From contig CAYNBD010000001.1 in the NCBI GenBank assembly GCA_964395755.1, positions 1 through 39,531 on the forward strand: a DNA stretch of 39,531 nt, in the 5' to 3' direction. Positions 7,952 to 17,149 of the stretch are shown in pieces. The notes beneath the pieces were generated by a model. The model had not been told where the DNA came from. It saw nothing but the letters and a program-made list of their open reading frames with translations, and searched no databases. Origin of the DNA: an uncultured Gammaproteobacteria bacterium (GTDB taxonomy: Bacteria > Patescibacteriota > Patescibacteriia > Patescibacteriales > CAYMCJ01). The first letter of the stretch is position 1; every line of letters starts with the position of its first letter. Position numbers and translations under genes: made by a program.

Positions 7952-8671
7952 ATGGCTTTAGTTTTTGACATTGAAACCGTGGGAGCGGATTTCGACCGCC
8001 TGGGCAAGACCACCCAGGATAGTTTGACGCGCTGGATCAGGCGCGAGGCCGGGGATGATGCCGGCAAATACGAGGTGATGTTCCGGGATTTAAAAGAAGG
8101 CCTGGGATTTTCGCCTTTGACCGGGGAAATTGTGGCTTTCGGGGTTTATGATACGGACAAACGCCAGGGCGCGGTTTATTTTCAGGCTCCGGAAATGAAG
8201 CTGAAAGAATGGAGCGCGGATACTTTTATTTTTAAACCCCGGACCGAGGCGGAAATGCTTAAGTCGTTTTGGCGGGGGGCGAAAGCTTACCGCGAGTTTG
8301 TCAGCTTTAACGGCCGCTCTTTTGACGCGCCTTTCATCATGCTTCGGTCGGCGGTTCATAAAATCAAGCCGACGAAAAATTTGATGTCTAACCGCTATTT
8401 GTCTTATCAGCCCAGCGCGGTCCGGCACATTGATTTATTGGACCAGTTGTCTTTTTACGGCGCGGTCCGGCGCCGGGGAAATCTGCACCTTTATTGCCAG
8501 GCGCTGGGAATAAAAAGCCCCAAGGCTTTCGGCGTGAGCGGCGACGACATTAAGCGGCTGTTTCAAGACAAGGAGTACAAGAAGATCGCCGCATACAACA
8601 GCTGGGATCTTTTGGCCACGGCCGCATTGTACAAACGCTGGGAAGAATATGTTAAAATTTCTAATTTCTAA
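7952..8671 (+). CDS. DEDD-type 3'-5' exonuclease (RNase H-like, PolB-exo/YprB-like)
   Basis: ExoI LVFDIETVG, ExoII FNGRSFDAPF, ExoIII YNSWDLLATAALY. The start was moved to ATG 7952 because 7859-7951 is repeat sequence. Confidence 0.7.
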   Translation: MALVFDIETVGADFDRLGKTTQDSLTRWIRREAGDDAGKYEVMFRDLKEGLGFSPLTGEIVAFGVYDTDKRQGAVYFQAPEMKLKEWSADTFIFKPRTEAEMLKSFWRGAKAYREFVSFNGRSFDAPFIMLRSAVHKIKPTKNLMSNRYLSYQPSAVRHIDLLDQLSFYGAVRRRGNLHLYCQALGIKSPKAFGVSGDDIKRLFQDKEYKKIAAYNSWDLLATAALYKRWEEYVKISNF

Positions 8672-8758
8672 TAAAATTTTAAATGCCAAGCGATTAAAGA
8701 TTAATGTTTTTGGCATCAAAAATTTTTGCATTAGACATTTTATTAGAAATTAGAAATT
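8656..8758. repeat. Perfect 22 nt inverted repeat (TTTCTAA words) enclosing an inner hairpin
   Basis: AATTTCTAATTTCTAATAAAAT (8656-8677) is the exact reverse complement of 8737-8758. The inner stem is ATGCCAA/TTGGCAT (8683-8716). The left arm overlaps the last codons of the exonuclease gene. Confidence 0.9.
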
Positions 8759-8776
8759 ATAATTTAGAAATTTTTT

Positions 8777-9340
8777 ATGTATTATCGCTTAAAATACGGA
8801 AAAAATTATTTATTGAAAATTGTCATTTTGACGGCGGCGGCGCTGGCGGCGGAAATAGTGGTTCTGCAGGCCGCAGGCAGGCCGGAAGATTTTGACATCG
8901 CCGTCGGCCAGGTCAATCACATTCCCTGGGCTTATGCCGTTACCAAGATTGAAGACGGCCGCATCATCGTCGGCAATATAAGCCGGGGATTTGAAATAAC
9001 CCTGCCCGCTGACTGGCAAGTCAGGCAAAATAAGCACCCCAGTTTTTACTTGGAAGAGGAGGGTGATTTAATTTGCGAGATAAAAAGCGACGTTGTCAAA
9101 TATGACAGCGAGGAGGAGGCGGAAACGGCCCGGGCCGAAGGTTTTACCAAGGTTTATCGGGACGGATTTCCGGCCGGGGTAAAAGAGGCAATTACCGCCG
9201 CCGGTAATCTTATTTATGAAACCCGGATTTATCTTGACCAGGCGGTTGTCAAATATATTTTGTTTGCTTCCAAGCCCGATATAGCCCGTTGCCGCCAGGA
9301 ATACAATCAGATTATGAGCAGCTGGTTGTATTATGAGTAG
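8777..9340 (+). CDS. Hypothetical membrane-anchored protein, 187 aa
   Basis: N-terminal hydrophobic segment LLKIVILTAAALAAEIVVL. No motif recognised. Confidence 0.5.
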   Translation: MYYRLKYGKNYLLKIVILTAAALAAEIVVLQAAGRPEDFDIAVGQVNHIPWAYAVTKIEDGRIIVGNISRGFEITLPADWQVRQNKHPSFYLEEEGDLICEIKSDVVKYDSEEEAETARAEGFTKVYRDGFPAGVKEAITAAGNLIYETRIYLDQAVVKYILFASKPDIARCRQEYNQIMSSWLYYE

Positions 9341-9474
9341 TATTTATGCAACGCGATGACTATGATTGTTTAAATTCATGAGATGGGTTTATTTTAATAA
9401 TAAAAAGGAAAATCAGAGTTATCTTTTGTCTCGTTTTTATACTATTGCATAATTTTTGCTATTTAAATAAGAAC

Positions 9475-9502
9475 TTGCTTTTTTTTGCGGTTAGTGTATA
9501 AT
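9475..9502 (+). promoter_or_regulatory. Strong sigma70-like promoter (TTGCTT-16 nt-TATAAT)
   Basis: TTGCTT at 9475-9480 and TATAAT at 9497-9502, about 340 nt upstream of rpsA. Confidence 0.6.
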
Positions 9503-9661
9503 ACAAAACAACTTGATATCAGCCTTTAATGAACCCTCCGGCTTTTAGGCGGTCGGGGGACTTTCCTGCAAAGGAAGGTTAAGAGTAATTTTTTATTTAC
9601 AGAATTTACGCGTTTTAAAAGCGAACATCCAAAAATTATTATTCTCACGGTTAAGTAAGAT

Positions 9662-9771
9662 TTGAAGTGAATATAATGCAAATCCGCAAATGTATGCGAA
9701 TACTTCAAATTACGGAATATGCAAATACGCCAACCATTCGCATAATAATTTGCAGCATTCGCATTATATTC
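9662..9771. repeat. Word palindrome (ATTCGCA/TGCGAAT words)
   Basis: GAATATAATGCAAATCCGCAAAT (9669-9691) faces ATTTGCAGCATTCGCATTATATTC (9748-9771). An inner TTGAAGT/ACTTCAA pair is also present. Confidence 0.8.
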
Positions 9772-9840
9772 ATCAATTTTACCCCGAGGGGGATGAATTT
9801 TCGGGGAAGGCGTTAGGCGCGTAAGTTATGACTTAATAAT

Positions 9841-11118
9841 ATGTTGGAAGATAGAAAAAAAACGAATAGCGGCGATGCTTTCCAAGCATTGTTGGATAAA
9901 GACAGCATTAAGGTGCCGCAAGTAGGTGACACGGTCAAAGGGACGGTCGTGGCCGCTTCCAAGGCCGAGGTTAAGCTTGACATTGACGGCGTTTTGGTCG
10001 GCGTGGTGCGCGGACCCGAGCTTTACGAGGAAGCCGATGAATACGCTAACTTAAAGCCGGGAGATATGGTGGAAGCGACCGTGATTGAGGAAGAGAATGA
10101 AAACGGGGAGCTGGAACTGTCTTTCCGGTACGCCGGCCAGGAAAAAGCTTTGGCCGCGGTTAAAGACGCTTTTGAAAATAAAAAAGTAATCACAGTGAAG
10201 GTGGTTGACGCCAACAAGGGTGGTCTTCTGGCTCGTTTTAAGCAGGTGCAGGGCTTTTTGCCGGTTTCGCAATTAGCGCCGGAAAATTATCCCCGGGTCA
10301 ACGGCGGAGACAAAAGTAAAATTTTGGAAAAACTGAAATCGTTTGTCGGCCAGGAATTTGAAGTAAAAATCATTACCCTGGACGAGAAGGAGGATAAGGT
10401 GATTTTTAGCGAAAAAGACGTTTGGAGTGAGAAGCAAAAAGACGTGATTGAAAAATATAAAGTCGGGACGGTGGTGGAAGGAACGATTACGGCCGTAACC
10501 GATTTCGGCGTGTTTATCAACTTCGGCGATAATCTTGAAGGCCTGATCCATATTTCCGAACTGGCCTGGCAGAGGATTGACAACCCGGCTGATTTGTTCA
10601 AGACCGGGGATAAGATTAAAGCCGAGGTTATCAGCCTGGACGGCTCCAAGATATTTTTAAGCGCCAAGAAGCTGATGAAGGATCCCTGGGAAAAAGCGGA
10701 AAAGAAATATCAGGCCGGCCAGGTGGTGAGCGGTACGATTTTGAAGGTTAATCCTTTTGGTTTGTTCGTTAAGCTGGATGATGATATTCACGGTTTGGCC
10801 CACATCAGTCAGCTGGGTCTGACCGCCGGTCAGAAAATCAACGACGTATTTAAGGCTGACGATAAGATAAGTCTGGAAGTCATCTCCATTGAACCCAAGG
10901 AGCATCGCCTGGGTTTGCGGGTCGCTAAAGATGCTAAGACGACGCCAAGAATACGCCCAACGACGCCAAAGGACGCCAAGGATGATGAAAAAGCAAACAG
11001 CAAACAGCGAACAGCGAACAAAGATGATAAGAAAATAGACGATGTCAAGGAAGAAAAAGATAAAAAGAAAGAAGATAAGAAAAAAGATAAAAAATCCAAA
11101 AAAACAACCAAAAAATAA
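9841..11118 (+). CDS. rpsA: 30S ribosomal protein S1 (four to five S1/OB repeats) with a K/D-rich C-terminal tail
   Basis: Repeated VG..V.G.V......G.FV motifs, e.g. VGTVVEGTITAVTDFGVFINF and AGQVVSGTILKVNPFGLFVKL. The tail is KDDKKIDDVKEEKDKKKEDKKKDKKSKK. Confidence 0.9.
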   Translation: MLEDRKKTNSGDAFQALLDKDSIKVPQVGDTVKGTVVAASKAEVKLDIDGVLVGVVRGPELYEEADEYANLKPGDMVEATVIEEENENGELELSFRYAGQEKALAAVKDAFENKKVITVKVVDANKGGLLARFKQVQGFLPVSQLAPENYPRVNGGDKSKILEKLKSFVGQEFEVKIITLDEKEDKVIFSEKDVWSEKQKDVIEKYKVGTVVEGTITAVTDFGVFINFGDNLEGLIHISELAWQRIDNPADLFKTGDKIKAEVISLDGSKIFLSAKKLMKDPWEKAEKKYQAGQVVSGTILKVNPFGLFVKLDDDIHGLAHISQLGLTAGQKINDVFKADDKISLEVISIEPKEHRLGLRVAKDAKTTPRIRPTTPKDAKDDEKANSKQRTANKDDKKIDDVKEEKDKKKEDKKKDKKSKKTTKK

Positions 11119-11124
11119 AATAAT

Positions 11125-11162
11125 AAAAAATCATTCCCGAAGCTTCGGGAATGATTTTTTAT
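11125..11162. terminator. Bidirectional intrinsic terminator
   Basis: AAAAAA TCATTCCCGAAGCTTCGGGAATGA TTTTTT, a perfect palindrome between convergent genes. Confidence 0.9.
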
Positions 11163-11185
11163 TGGAGTGGCTTTGAATTTTAATG

Positions 11186-11557
11186 TTATTTATTCTGAAC
11201 AGTCCTCCACTGTTTAAAATAATTACAAATACCATTATTATTTAATTTGATAATGAAAATACCATCAATATTTTGTTGTTCATTGCTTGGCAAAAACGTT
11301 CTCTTTACTTTCCAATTAGCCACGGCTAAATTGCCGGATGTGGAAATTATTTTAAAATTAAAAGTTATATTTTTTTGGTTTTTAGGAACGATTTTCCAAA
11401 GTTTATATACCGCATCCCAATTTTTACATGGTTTTTCAAAAACCGATTCATAATACTCAACGTCCTTGGAAAATAAGTTTACAGCTTCTTCCGGATTGCG
11501 GTTGCACCAGGCCCGGCCAAGTTTTGTGAACCATTTTTCAAATAATTTTTGTTCCAT
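11186..11557 (-). CDS. NTF2/SnoaL-like fold protein, 123 aa
   Basis: The size and pattern (W..A....D.......F..D..Y......, later strands with W) resemble SnoaL/DUF4440-type proteins. Very AT-rich relative to neighbours. Confidence 0.45.
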   Translation of the reverse strand: MEQKLFEKWFTKLGRAWCNRNPEEAVNLFSKDVEYYESVFEKPCKNWDAVYKLWKIVPKNQKNITFNFKIISTSGNLAVANWKVKRTFLPSNEQQNIDGIFIIKLNNNGICNYFKQWRTVQNK

Positions 11558-11560
11558 ATG

Positions 11561-11938
11561 TTAATTTTTTTCCAAATGTTCAATCACTTCGTCCAACATC
11601 GCTTTGATTTTATCTATTTCTTCCCGCTTGGTCGGTTGGCCGGTAAAAATTGAAAATTTTGATTTTAAGAATTCCTCAACTTTTTGTTTCAGATTGTCAT
11701 CCGCGATTATCTTATCCTGAACGGCTCTTTCCAGATCATGCATGATGGCGGCGATGAAATCTCCCTGGCGTTTATAGAGCTTATATTTTTCTTCTGCCGC
11801 GGAAGTATCGGCGTCGGGCTCGGCCGGGGTCAGATTTTCCGGTAATTCTTTTTTGAGCAGGCTAAACCTGTTCTCATAAAATTTTTTGTCAAAGGCGGGC
11901 TCATTGTTCGCCTTCGGTTTTTCCGGGTTCATATTCAT
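11561..11938 (-). CDS. Hypothetical protein, 125 aa
   Basis: Intact ORF 3 nt upstream of the next gene, so operon-like. No motif recognised. Confidence 0.5.
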   Translation of the reverse strand: MNMNPEKPKANNEPAFDKKFYENRFSLLKKELPENLTPAEPDADTSAAEEKYKLYKRQGDFIAAIMHDLERAVQDKIIADDNLKQKVEEFLKSKFSIFTGQPTKREEIDKIKAMLDEVIEHLEKN

Positions 11939-12031
11939 AGATTTGTTGACGTTATGATTGGCTTAAGTTTATAGGTTTATTTTATCATTATCAGACGGGA
12001 AAAGCAACGCTTGGCGCCCTGGTTTTAACGG

Positions 12032-12060
12032 TTGCCAAAAAGAAGATAATATTATATACT
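12032..12060 (+). promoter_or_regulatory. Sigma70-like promoter (TTGCCA-17 nt-TATACT)
   Basis: TTGCCA at 12032-12037 and TATACT at 12055-12060, 36 nt upstream of ftsH. Confidence 0.65.
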
Positions 12061-12096
12061 TATCCTTAGTTTTATTTATTAAAAAAATTTTATCAT

Positions 12097-13923
12097 ATGA
12101 AAAAACTTATTAAGAATTTTTTTATTTTCTTTATTGTTTTTCTGGCCATCGCGGCTTTGTTCAGTGCTTACGGCGGCAATGGGGATAAAGAACAGACGGT
12201 CGGGATTGAAACTCTGATTAGCCAGATAGACAACGGGGAAATTACGGCTATTTCGGTCCAGGGCGATGAACTGAAAATCACTTTGCAGAACGGGGGCGAA
12301 GAAATCGTTCAAAAAGAGACGGGCGAATCCTTGTCCGCGCTGCTCAATAATTTCGGCGTGGATAAAGAAAAATTATCCGCTATTAACATTGAAGTGCGAG
12401 ACGAATCCGGCTTAAATTACTGGCTGGTGACGATTTTGCCGTTTTTACTGCCCTTTCTATTAATCGGCGTATTTGTTTATTTTATGTTGCGCAGCGTTCA
12501 GGGCGCTAACAGCCGGGCGATGATGTTCGGTCAGTCCCAGGCCAAAGAATTCGGCCGCGACCAGAAAGACAAGGTTACTTTCGAGGACGTGGCCGGAGCC
12601 AAGGAAGCCAAGGAGGAATTAAAGGAAATCATTGAATTTTTGCGTTTTCCCAAAAAATTCCACGGATTGGGAGCGCGCATCCCGCGCGGGGTTTTGCTTT
12701 TGGGTGCGCCTGGAACCGGCAAGACCCTGATGGCCCGGGCCGTGGCCGGCGAGGCCCAGGTGCCTTTTTTTCATATTTCCGGGTCGGAATTTGTGGAGAT
12801 GTTCGTGGGCGTGGGCGCTTCCCGGGTGCGAGATTTATTCAAGCGGGCTAAAAAAAATGCGCCCTGCATTTTGTTTATTGATGAGATTGACGCGGTCGGG
12901 CGCCGGCGGGGAGCCGGTTTGGGCGGCTCGCACGATGAGCGTGAACAAACCCTTAATCAGATTTTGGTGGAGATGGACGGATTTGAGCCGCATACCAATG
13001 TTATCGTTATTGCCGCCACCAACCGGCCGGACGTCCTGGATCCGGCTTTGCTGCGACCGGGGCGCTTTGACCGCCGCATCGTGGTTGACGAGCCGGATAT
13101 CAAAGATCGGGAAGAAATATTAAAGGTTCATGCCCGGCGCAAACCCCTGTCTAAGGAAGTCAGCTTGCGCAGAATTGCCGAGCGCACTCCGGGTTTCAGC
13201 GGCGCCGACTTGTCTAATTTGTTGAACGAAGCCGCCATTTTGGCCGCCCGCCGGAACATGAAGATGATTAAAATGGAAGAATTATATGAGGCGATTGAAA
13301 AAGTAATGATGGGCCCGGAAAGAAAATCAAGAATTTTGTCAGAGGCAGAGAAAAAAATTACCGCTTATCACGAAGCCGGGCACGCTTTGGTCGCTCATTT
13401 TTTGCCCCATACGGACCCGGTGCATAAGATTTCCATTGTCGCCCGCGGTCAGGCCGGCGGCTATACTTTAAAATTGCCGGTGGAGGATAAACATATGCAT
13501 ACCAAGTCCGAATTCGTGGAAGAACTGGCCGTGCTTTTGGCCGGGCATGTGACGGAAAAAGAAATTTTCGGCGAGGTTACCACTGGCGCCACTTCTGATT
13601 TGCGCCGCGCCACCGCGTTGGCCCGGCAGTTGGTCACCGATTACGGCATGAGTGAAAATCTGGGGCCGCGCACTTTCGGTGAAAAAGAAGAGATGATATT
13701 TTTAGGCCGGGAAATTCATGAACAAAGGGATTACAGCGAAAAAGTGGCTGAGCAGATTGACAAGGAAATTTCCGATTTTATTGGCCAGGCCGTGAAGAGA
13801 GCCGACGGCATTATCAAGGCCAGGAATAAAGAATTGGCAAAGGTGGTGGCAGCCCTGCTGAAAAAGGAAACTTTGGAAAAAGAAGAATTTGAGCAGATTG
13901 TGGGCGAGAAAAGCAAGCGGTAA
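12097..13923 (+). CDS. ftsH: ATP-dependent zinc metalloprotease FtsH
   Basis: N-terminal TM segments, Walker A GAPGTGKT, Walker [32 protein letters not shown], zinc motif HEAGHA. Confidence 0.97.
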   Translation: MKKLIKNFFIFFIVFLAIAALFSAYGGNGDKEQTVGIETLISQIDNGEITAISVQGDELKITLQNGGEEIVQKETGESLSALLNNFGVDKEKLSAINIEVRDESGLNYWLVTILPFLLPFLLIGVFVYFMLRSVQGANSRAMMFGQSQAKEFGRDQKDKVTFEDVAGAKEAKEELKEIIEFLRFPKKFHGLGARIPRGVLLLGAPGTGKTLMARAVAGEAQVPFFHISGSEFVEMFVGVGASRVRDLFKRAKKNAPCILFIDEIDAVGRRRGAGLGGSHDEREQTLNQILVEMDGFEPHTNVIVIAATNRPDVLDPALLRPGRFDRRIVVDEPDIKDREEILKVHARRKPLSKEVSLRRIAERTPGFSGADLSNLLNEAAILAARRNMKMIKMEELYEAIEKVMMGPERKSRILSEAEKKITAYHEAGHALVAHFLPHTDPVHKISIVARGQAGGYTLKLPVEDKHMHTKSEFVEELAVLLAGHVTEKEIFGEVTTGATSDLRRATALARQLVTDYGMSENLGPRTFGEKEEMIFLGREIHEQRDYSEKVAEQIDKEISDFIGQAVKRADGIIKARNKELAKVVAALLKKETLEKEEFEQIVGEKSKR

Positions 13924-13932
13924 GAAGTAACC

Positions 13933-13975
13933 CGCCTTCGCCTTCTGGCTTCGGCGAGGCGAGGGAGGCCAGAAG
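13933..13975 (+). other. GC-rich alternative hairpins after ftsH, no U-tract
   Basis: CTTCTGGC/GCCAGAAG (13942-13975) competes with CGCCTTCGCC/GGCGAGGCG (13933-13961). Confidence 0.4.
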
Positions 13976-13982
13976 TAGGGAT

Positions 13983-14010
13983 TTGAAATTGAAGATTATT
14001 GTGTTATAAT
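13983..14010 (+). promoter_or_regulatory. Extended -10 promoter (TTGAAA-16 nt-TGtTATAAT)
   Basis: TTGAAA at 13983-13988, TG at 14002-14003, TATAAT at 14005-14010. Confidence 0.65.
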
Positions 14011-14081
14011 ATAGATGTATAATTTATTAGTGATTTTGGTTATTATCTTTATTCTATAATGCCAAAACAAGGGGGAAACAT

Positions 14082-15074
14082 ATGTCATTATACAGAGGAA
14101 TTTTGGGCCGGGCTTTAAAAATTACCTGGCGCCATAAATATTTATGGTTTTTCGGCTTGTTCGCGTCTTTGTTGGGCAACGGGGGTGAGTACGAGGTTTT
14201 ATTTCGCGGCTTAAGCGGAGATTCAGGCCAAAGTTTTTTTCCGTTTTGGCACAATCTCGCGCGTACCGGTTTGTTCAGCGGCCAGACTTTGGACAATATC
14301 AGCCAATTGTTTAAAAGCGATACTTTATCCATGGTAATTTTATTGCTGATCGGTTTGATAATTTTGGCTTTATTTTGTTTTTTGGTTTGGCTGACCATTA
14401 TGTCCCAGGGAGCCCTGGTGAGCAATTCCGCCGGTATTATCGCGGGCAAAGTCAGGGTGTTCAAAGACGGGATCGTTGCCGGCGTGAAAAATTTTTGGCC
14501 GGTGTTTGGTTTGAACATAATTATTAAGGCCATTATTTATTTGTCTTTTGTTTTAATCGGTTTGCCGGTGATATTCTCTCTTTTCCGGGGCAGTCGTCCG
14601 GGCGCTAACATTTTGTACGTCATTTTATTTATAATTTTTGTCCCCATCGCCATTGCCTTCTCTTTTATGATTAAATACGCCATTGCTTACGTCGTTATTA
14701 AGGGCAGCGGGTTTTTGCAATCCCTGTCCCAGGGCTGGAAATTATTTATAAAAAACTGGCTGGTCAGCGTGGAAATGGCCTTAGTACTTTTTTTTATAAA
14801 TTTTTTAGCGGGACTGGGTGTGATTTTACTAATTTCCATTTTGGCCATTCCTTTTCTGTTTTTGGCCCTGGTGTTTTATAAGTTAATGTCGCTGGTCGGT
14901 TTTTGGCTGGTGATATTTTTCGGCCTGGCCAGCTTTTTGTTTATTATTATGGTGGTTGGCGCTTCCCTGTCCGTTTTTCAGATTTCATCCTGGACTGGAT
15001 TATTCATTGAATTAAACGGCAAGGGCGGTGTCAGTAAAGTGGCCAGGGTTTTTAATTTAATCCAGGGAAAATAA
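14082..15074 (+). CDS. Polytopic integral membrane protein of unknown function
   Basis: About seven long hydrophobic segments. No catalytic motif recognised. Confidence 0.6.
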   Translation: MSLYRGILGRALKITWRHKYLWFFGLFASLLGNGGEYEVLFRGLSGDSGQSFFPFWHNLARTGLFSGQTLDNISQLFKSDTLSMVILLLIGLIILALFCFLVWLTIMSQGALVSNSAGIIAGKVRVFKDGIVAGVKNFWPVFGLNIIIKAIIYLSFVLIGLPVIFSLFRGSRPGANILYVILFIIFVPIAIAFSFMIKYAIAYVVIKGSGFLQSLSQGWKLFIKNWLVSVEMALVLFFINFLAGLGVILLISILAIPFLFLALVFYKLMSLVGFWLVIFFGLASFLFIIMVVGASLSVFQISSWTGLFIELNGKGGVSKVARVFNLIQGK

Positions 15075-15109
15075 AGTCGGCATCCGCAGATTGTTTGGAA
15101 TCCATATAT

Positions 15110-15149
15110 AATAAATAAAGAAGGCGGTCTTTGCCTTCTTTATTTATTT
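15110..15149 (+). terminator. Intrinsic terminator
   Basis: AATAAATAAAGAAGGC GGTCTTT GCCTTCTTTATTTATT. Confidence 0.8.
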
Positions 15150-15202
15150 GTGATATTCTGGTATGATAATAATAGCCGGCTGACGGCGGAAAATTAAATA
15201 CT

Positions 15203-16942
15203 ATGGGCAAGGATTTTCAATCAATTGAAGATTTAATCAGCGGTTCTTCCGACCAGAATGCGGATTTAAGCGATGAGCAGAGCACTCAAGCGAAATTCAG
15301 GGAGAAGCAGAAAGAAATAGCGACCAAAGAAGTGGAAAGGGCCACCCAGAAAAAGGCGGCTCTTTTCAAAGTGCATTACGTCAATTTGGTCGGTTTTCCG
15401 GTCAGTCCGGAAGCTTTGATGCTGATAGCGGAAGAAGAGGCCAGAAAAATGTCGTTGGTTTGTTTTTATTACGACGGCAGGAATTTGCGTCTGGCTACGA
15501 CTGATCCGGAAAATAAAGACATTGAAGCCAAGGCGCGGGATCTGGAAAAACAATATCACGCTGAGAGCAGTTTTTATCTGGTGTCGGAAAACAGTTTTAA
15601 TTATGTTTTGGAGTTATACAAAAAGCTGCCTAAAATCAGAGAATTTACCAAAGCGGTTAGAATCAGTCCGGAGGATTTGGCCAGATACAGCGAAAAATTT
15701 GCCACTTTTCAGGATTTGCAGCAGCAGATTGACGATGTGCCGACAACCGACGTCGTTACTCTGATTATGGCCGCCGCCATTAAGGCCGGCGCCTCCGATA
15801 TCCACATTGAGGCGGAGGAAAAGGAAATAAAAGTCCGTTTTCGGATTGACGGGATGTTGCATGACGTGGCAGGTTTGGAGATGGGGATATGGAAGAACAT
15901 CATTTCCCGGATGAAAATTTTAGCCGGGGCGAAAATCAACGTTAGCGACAAGCCGCAAGACGGCCGGATATCAATCCAGACCAAGAATGAGCGCATAGAT
16001 GTCAGAGCATCTTTTTTACCGACTAATTACGGCGAAAGCGTAGTGATGCGTTTATTGCGTTCCAGCGTAGTGAGCCTGCGGTTCGAGGACCTGGGAGTAA
16101 GGGGCAGGGCGTTTAAGCGCTTGGAGCGCGAGGTTGAACGCCCCAACGGGATGATCATCGTTACCGGTCCGACCGGTTCCGGCAAAACCACTACTCTATA
16201 CGCGGTTTTAAAGAAATTAAATAAGTCGGAAACGAAAATAATCACCATTGAGGACCCGATTGAGTACCAGCTTACCGGCATCAACCAATCGCAGGTGAGT
16301 GAAAAGTATACTTTTGCCAAAGCCTTAGCTTCAATTGTCCGCCAGGATCCGGATATATTGATGGTGGGGGAAATCCGCGATTTGGAAACGGCGGAAATCG
16401 CCATTCAGGCCGCTTTGACCGGCCATTTGGTTTTATCCACCATCCATACTAACGATGCGGCCGGCGCCATTCCCAGGTTTCTGTCCATGGGCGCCAAGCC
16501 GTTTTTATTGGCTCCGGCCATCAACGCCATTGTCGGCCAGCGCCTGGTCAGAAGAATTTGCCAGCATTGCAAACAAGAGGCCGAAGTGAGTACGGAAAAA
16601 AGAGAGCGGATTAAAAATATTTTGGAAAAATTACCGGCGGAAGAAAAAGCCCTGCTGCAAAAAGCGCACGGAGATAATTTGAGCAGACTGAATTTTTATC
16701 GGGGCGGCGGTTGTGAAAGCTGCCAGGGGATCGGTTATCAGGGAAGAATCGGGATTTATGAAATTATGATTATGAATAAGGACATTGAGAAGAACATTTT
16801 GTCCGAGAGAGTCAGTGAGTATGCTTTAGAGGAAATTGCCGTTAAGGACGGGATGGTTACCATGACCCAGGATGGGTTGCTCAAAGCCGTTGACGGTATT
16901 ACCAGCGTGGACGAAGTATTTAGGGTTTCGGAGGAAAAATGA
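15203..16942 (+). CDS. pilB: GspE/PilB-family secretion ATPase (type IV pilus assembly ATPase-like)
   Basis: Walker A GPTGSGKTTT, Asp box, Walker B ILMVGEIRD, His box LSTIHTND, tetracysteine CQHC...CESC. Confidence 0.9.
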   Translation: MGKDFQSIEDLISGSSDQNADLSDEQSTQAKFREKQKEIATKEVERATQKKAALFKVHYVNLVGFPVSPEALMLIAEEEARKMSLVCFYYDGRNLRLATTDPENKDIEAKARDLEKQYHAESSFYLVSENSFNYVLELYKKLPKIREFTKAVRISPEDLARYSEKFATFQDLQQQIDDVPTTDVVTLIMAAAIKAGASDIHIEAEEKEIKVRFRIDGMLHDVAGLEMGIWKNIISRMKILAGAKINVSDKPQDGRISIQTKNERIDVRASFLPTNYGESVVMRLLRSSVVSLRFEDLGVRGRAFKRLEREVERPNGMIIVTGPTGSGKTTTLYAVLKKLNKSETKIITIEDPIEYQLTGINQSQVSEKYTFAKALASIVRQDPDILMVGEIRDLETAEIAIQAALTGHLVLSTIHTNDAAGAIPRFLSMGAKPFLLAPAINAIVGQRLVRRICQHCKQEAEVSTEKRERIKNILEKLPAEEKALLQKAHGDNLSRLNFYRGGGCESCQGIGYQGRIGIYEIMIMNKDIEKNILSERVSEYALEEIAVKDGMVTMTQDGLLKAVDGITSVDEVFRVSEEK

Positions 16943-16947
16943 GGATA

Positions 16948-17110
16948 GACACGAAATAAACGAATGAACGTGAAAAGAACGAATTGAAATTTGAAATTAG
17001 AAATTGGATGATTAGTTTATTATCGCTGCGCTATTTATTAATTTATTGAATTTATTTAAGCCAATAAGCCAATAAATTAATAAACTAATAAATTAATTTC
17101 TGTTTTCTGT
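16948..17110. repeat. Successive stuttered words (ACGAA, GAAATT, AATAA/GCCAATAA, TTCTGT)
   Basis: GACACGAAATAAACGAATGAACGTGAAAAGAACGAATTGAAATTTGAAATTAGAAATTGG ... AAGCCAATAAGCCAATAAATTAATAAACTAATAAATTAATTTCTGTTTTCTGTAGTCTGTT. GAAAAGAACGAA is shared with 23325-23375. Confidence 0.8.
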
Positions 17111-17149
17111 AGTCTGTTGATTGTTTATGCTAATAACATTAGATTAGAT

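Noticed and set aside
9540-9580. RNase P RNA on the minus strand, because of GGAAAGTCCCC (similar to the CR-I GGAAAGUCCGG). A similar GUAAGUCCGGGU occurs at 26075-26095.
   Set aside because: The flanking sequence is AT-rich and far too short for the 300+ nt catalytic core. No CR-IV/CR-V equivalents (ACAGAA.CCGGCUUA) were found.
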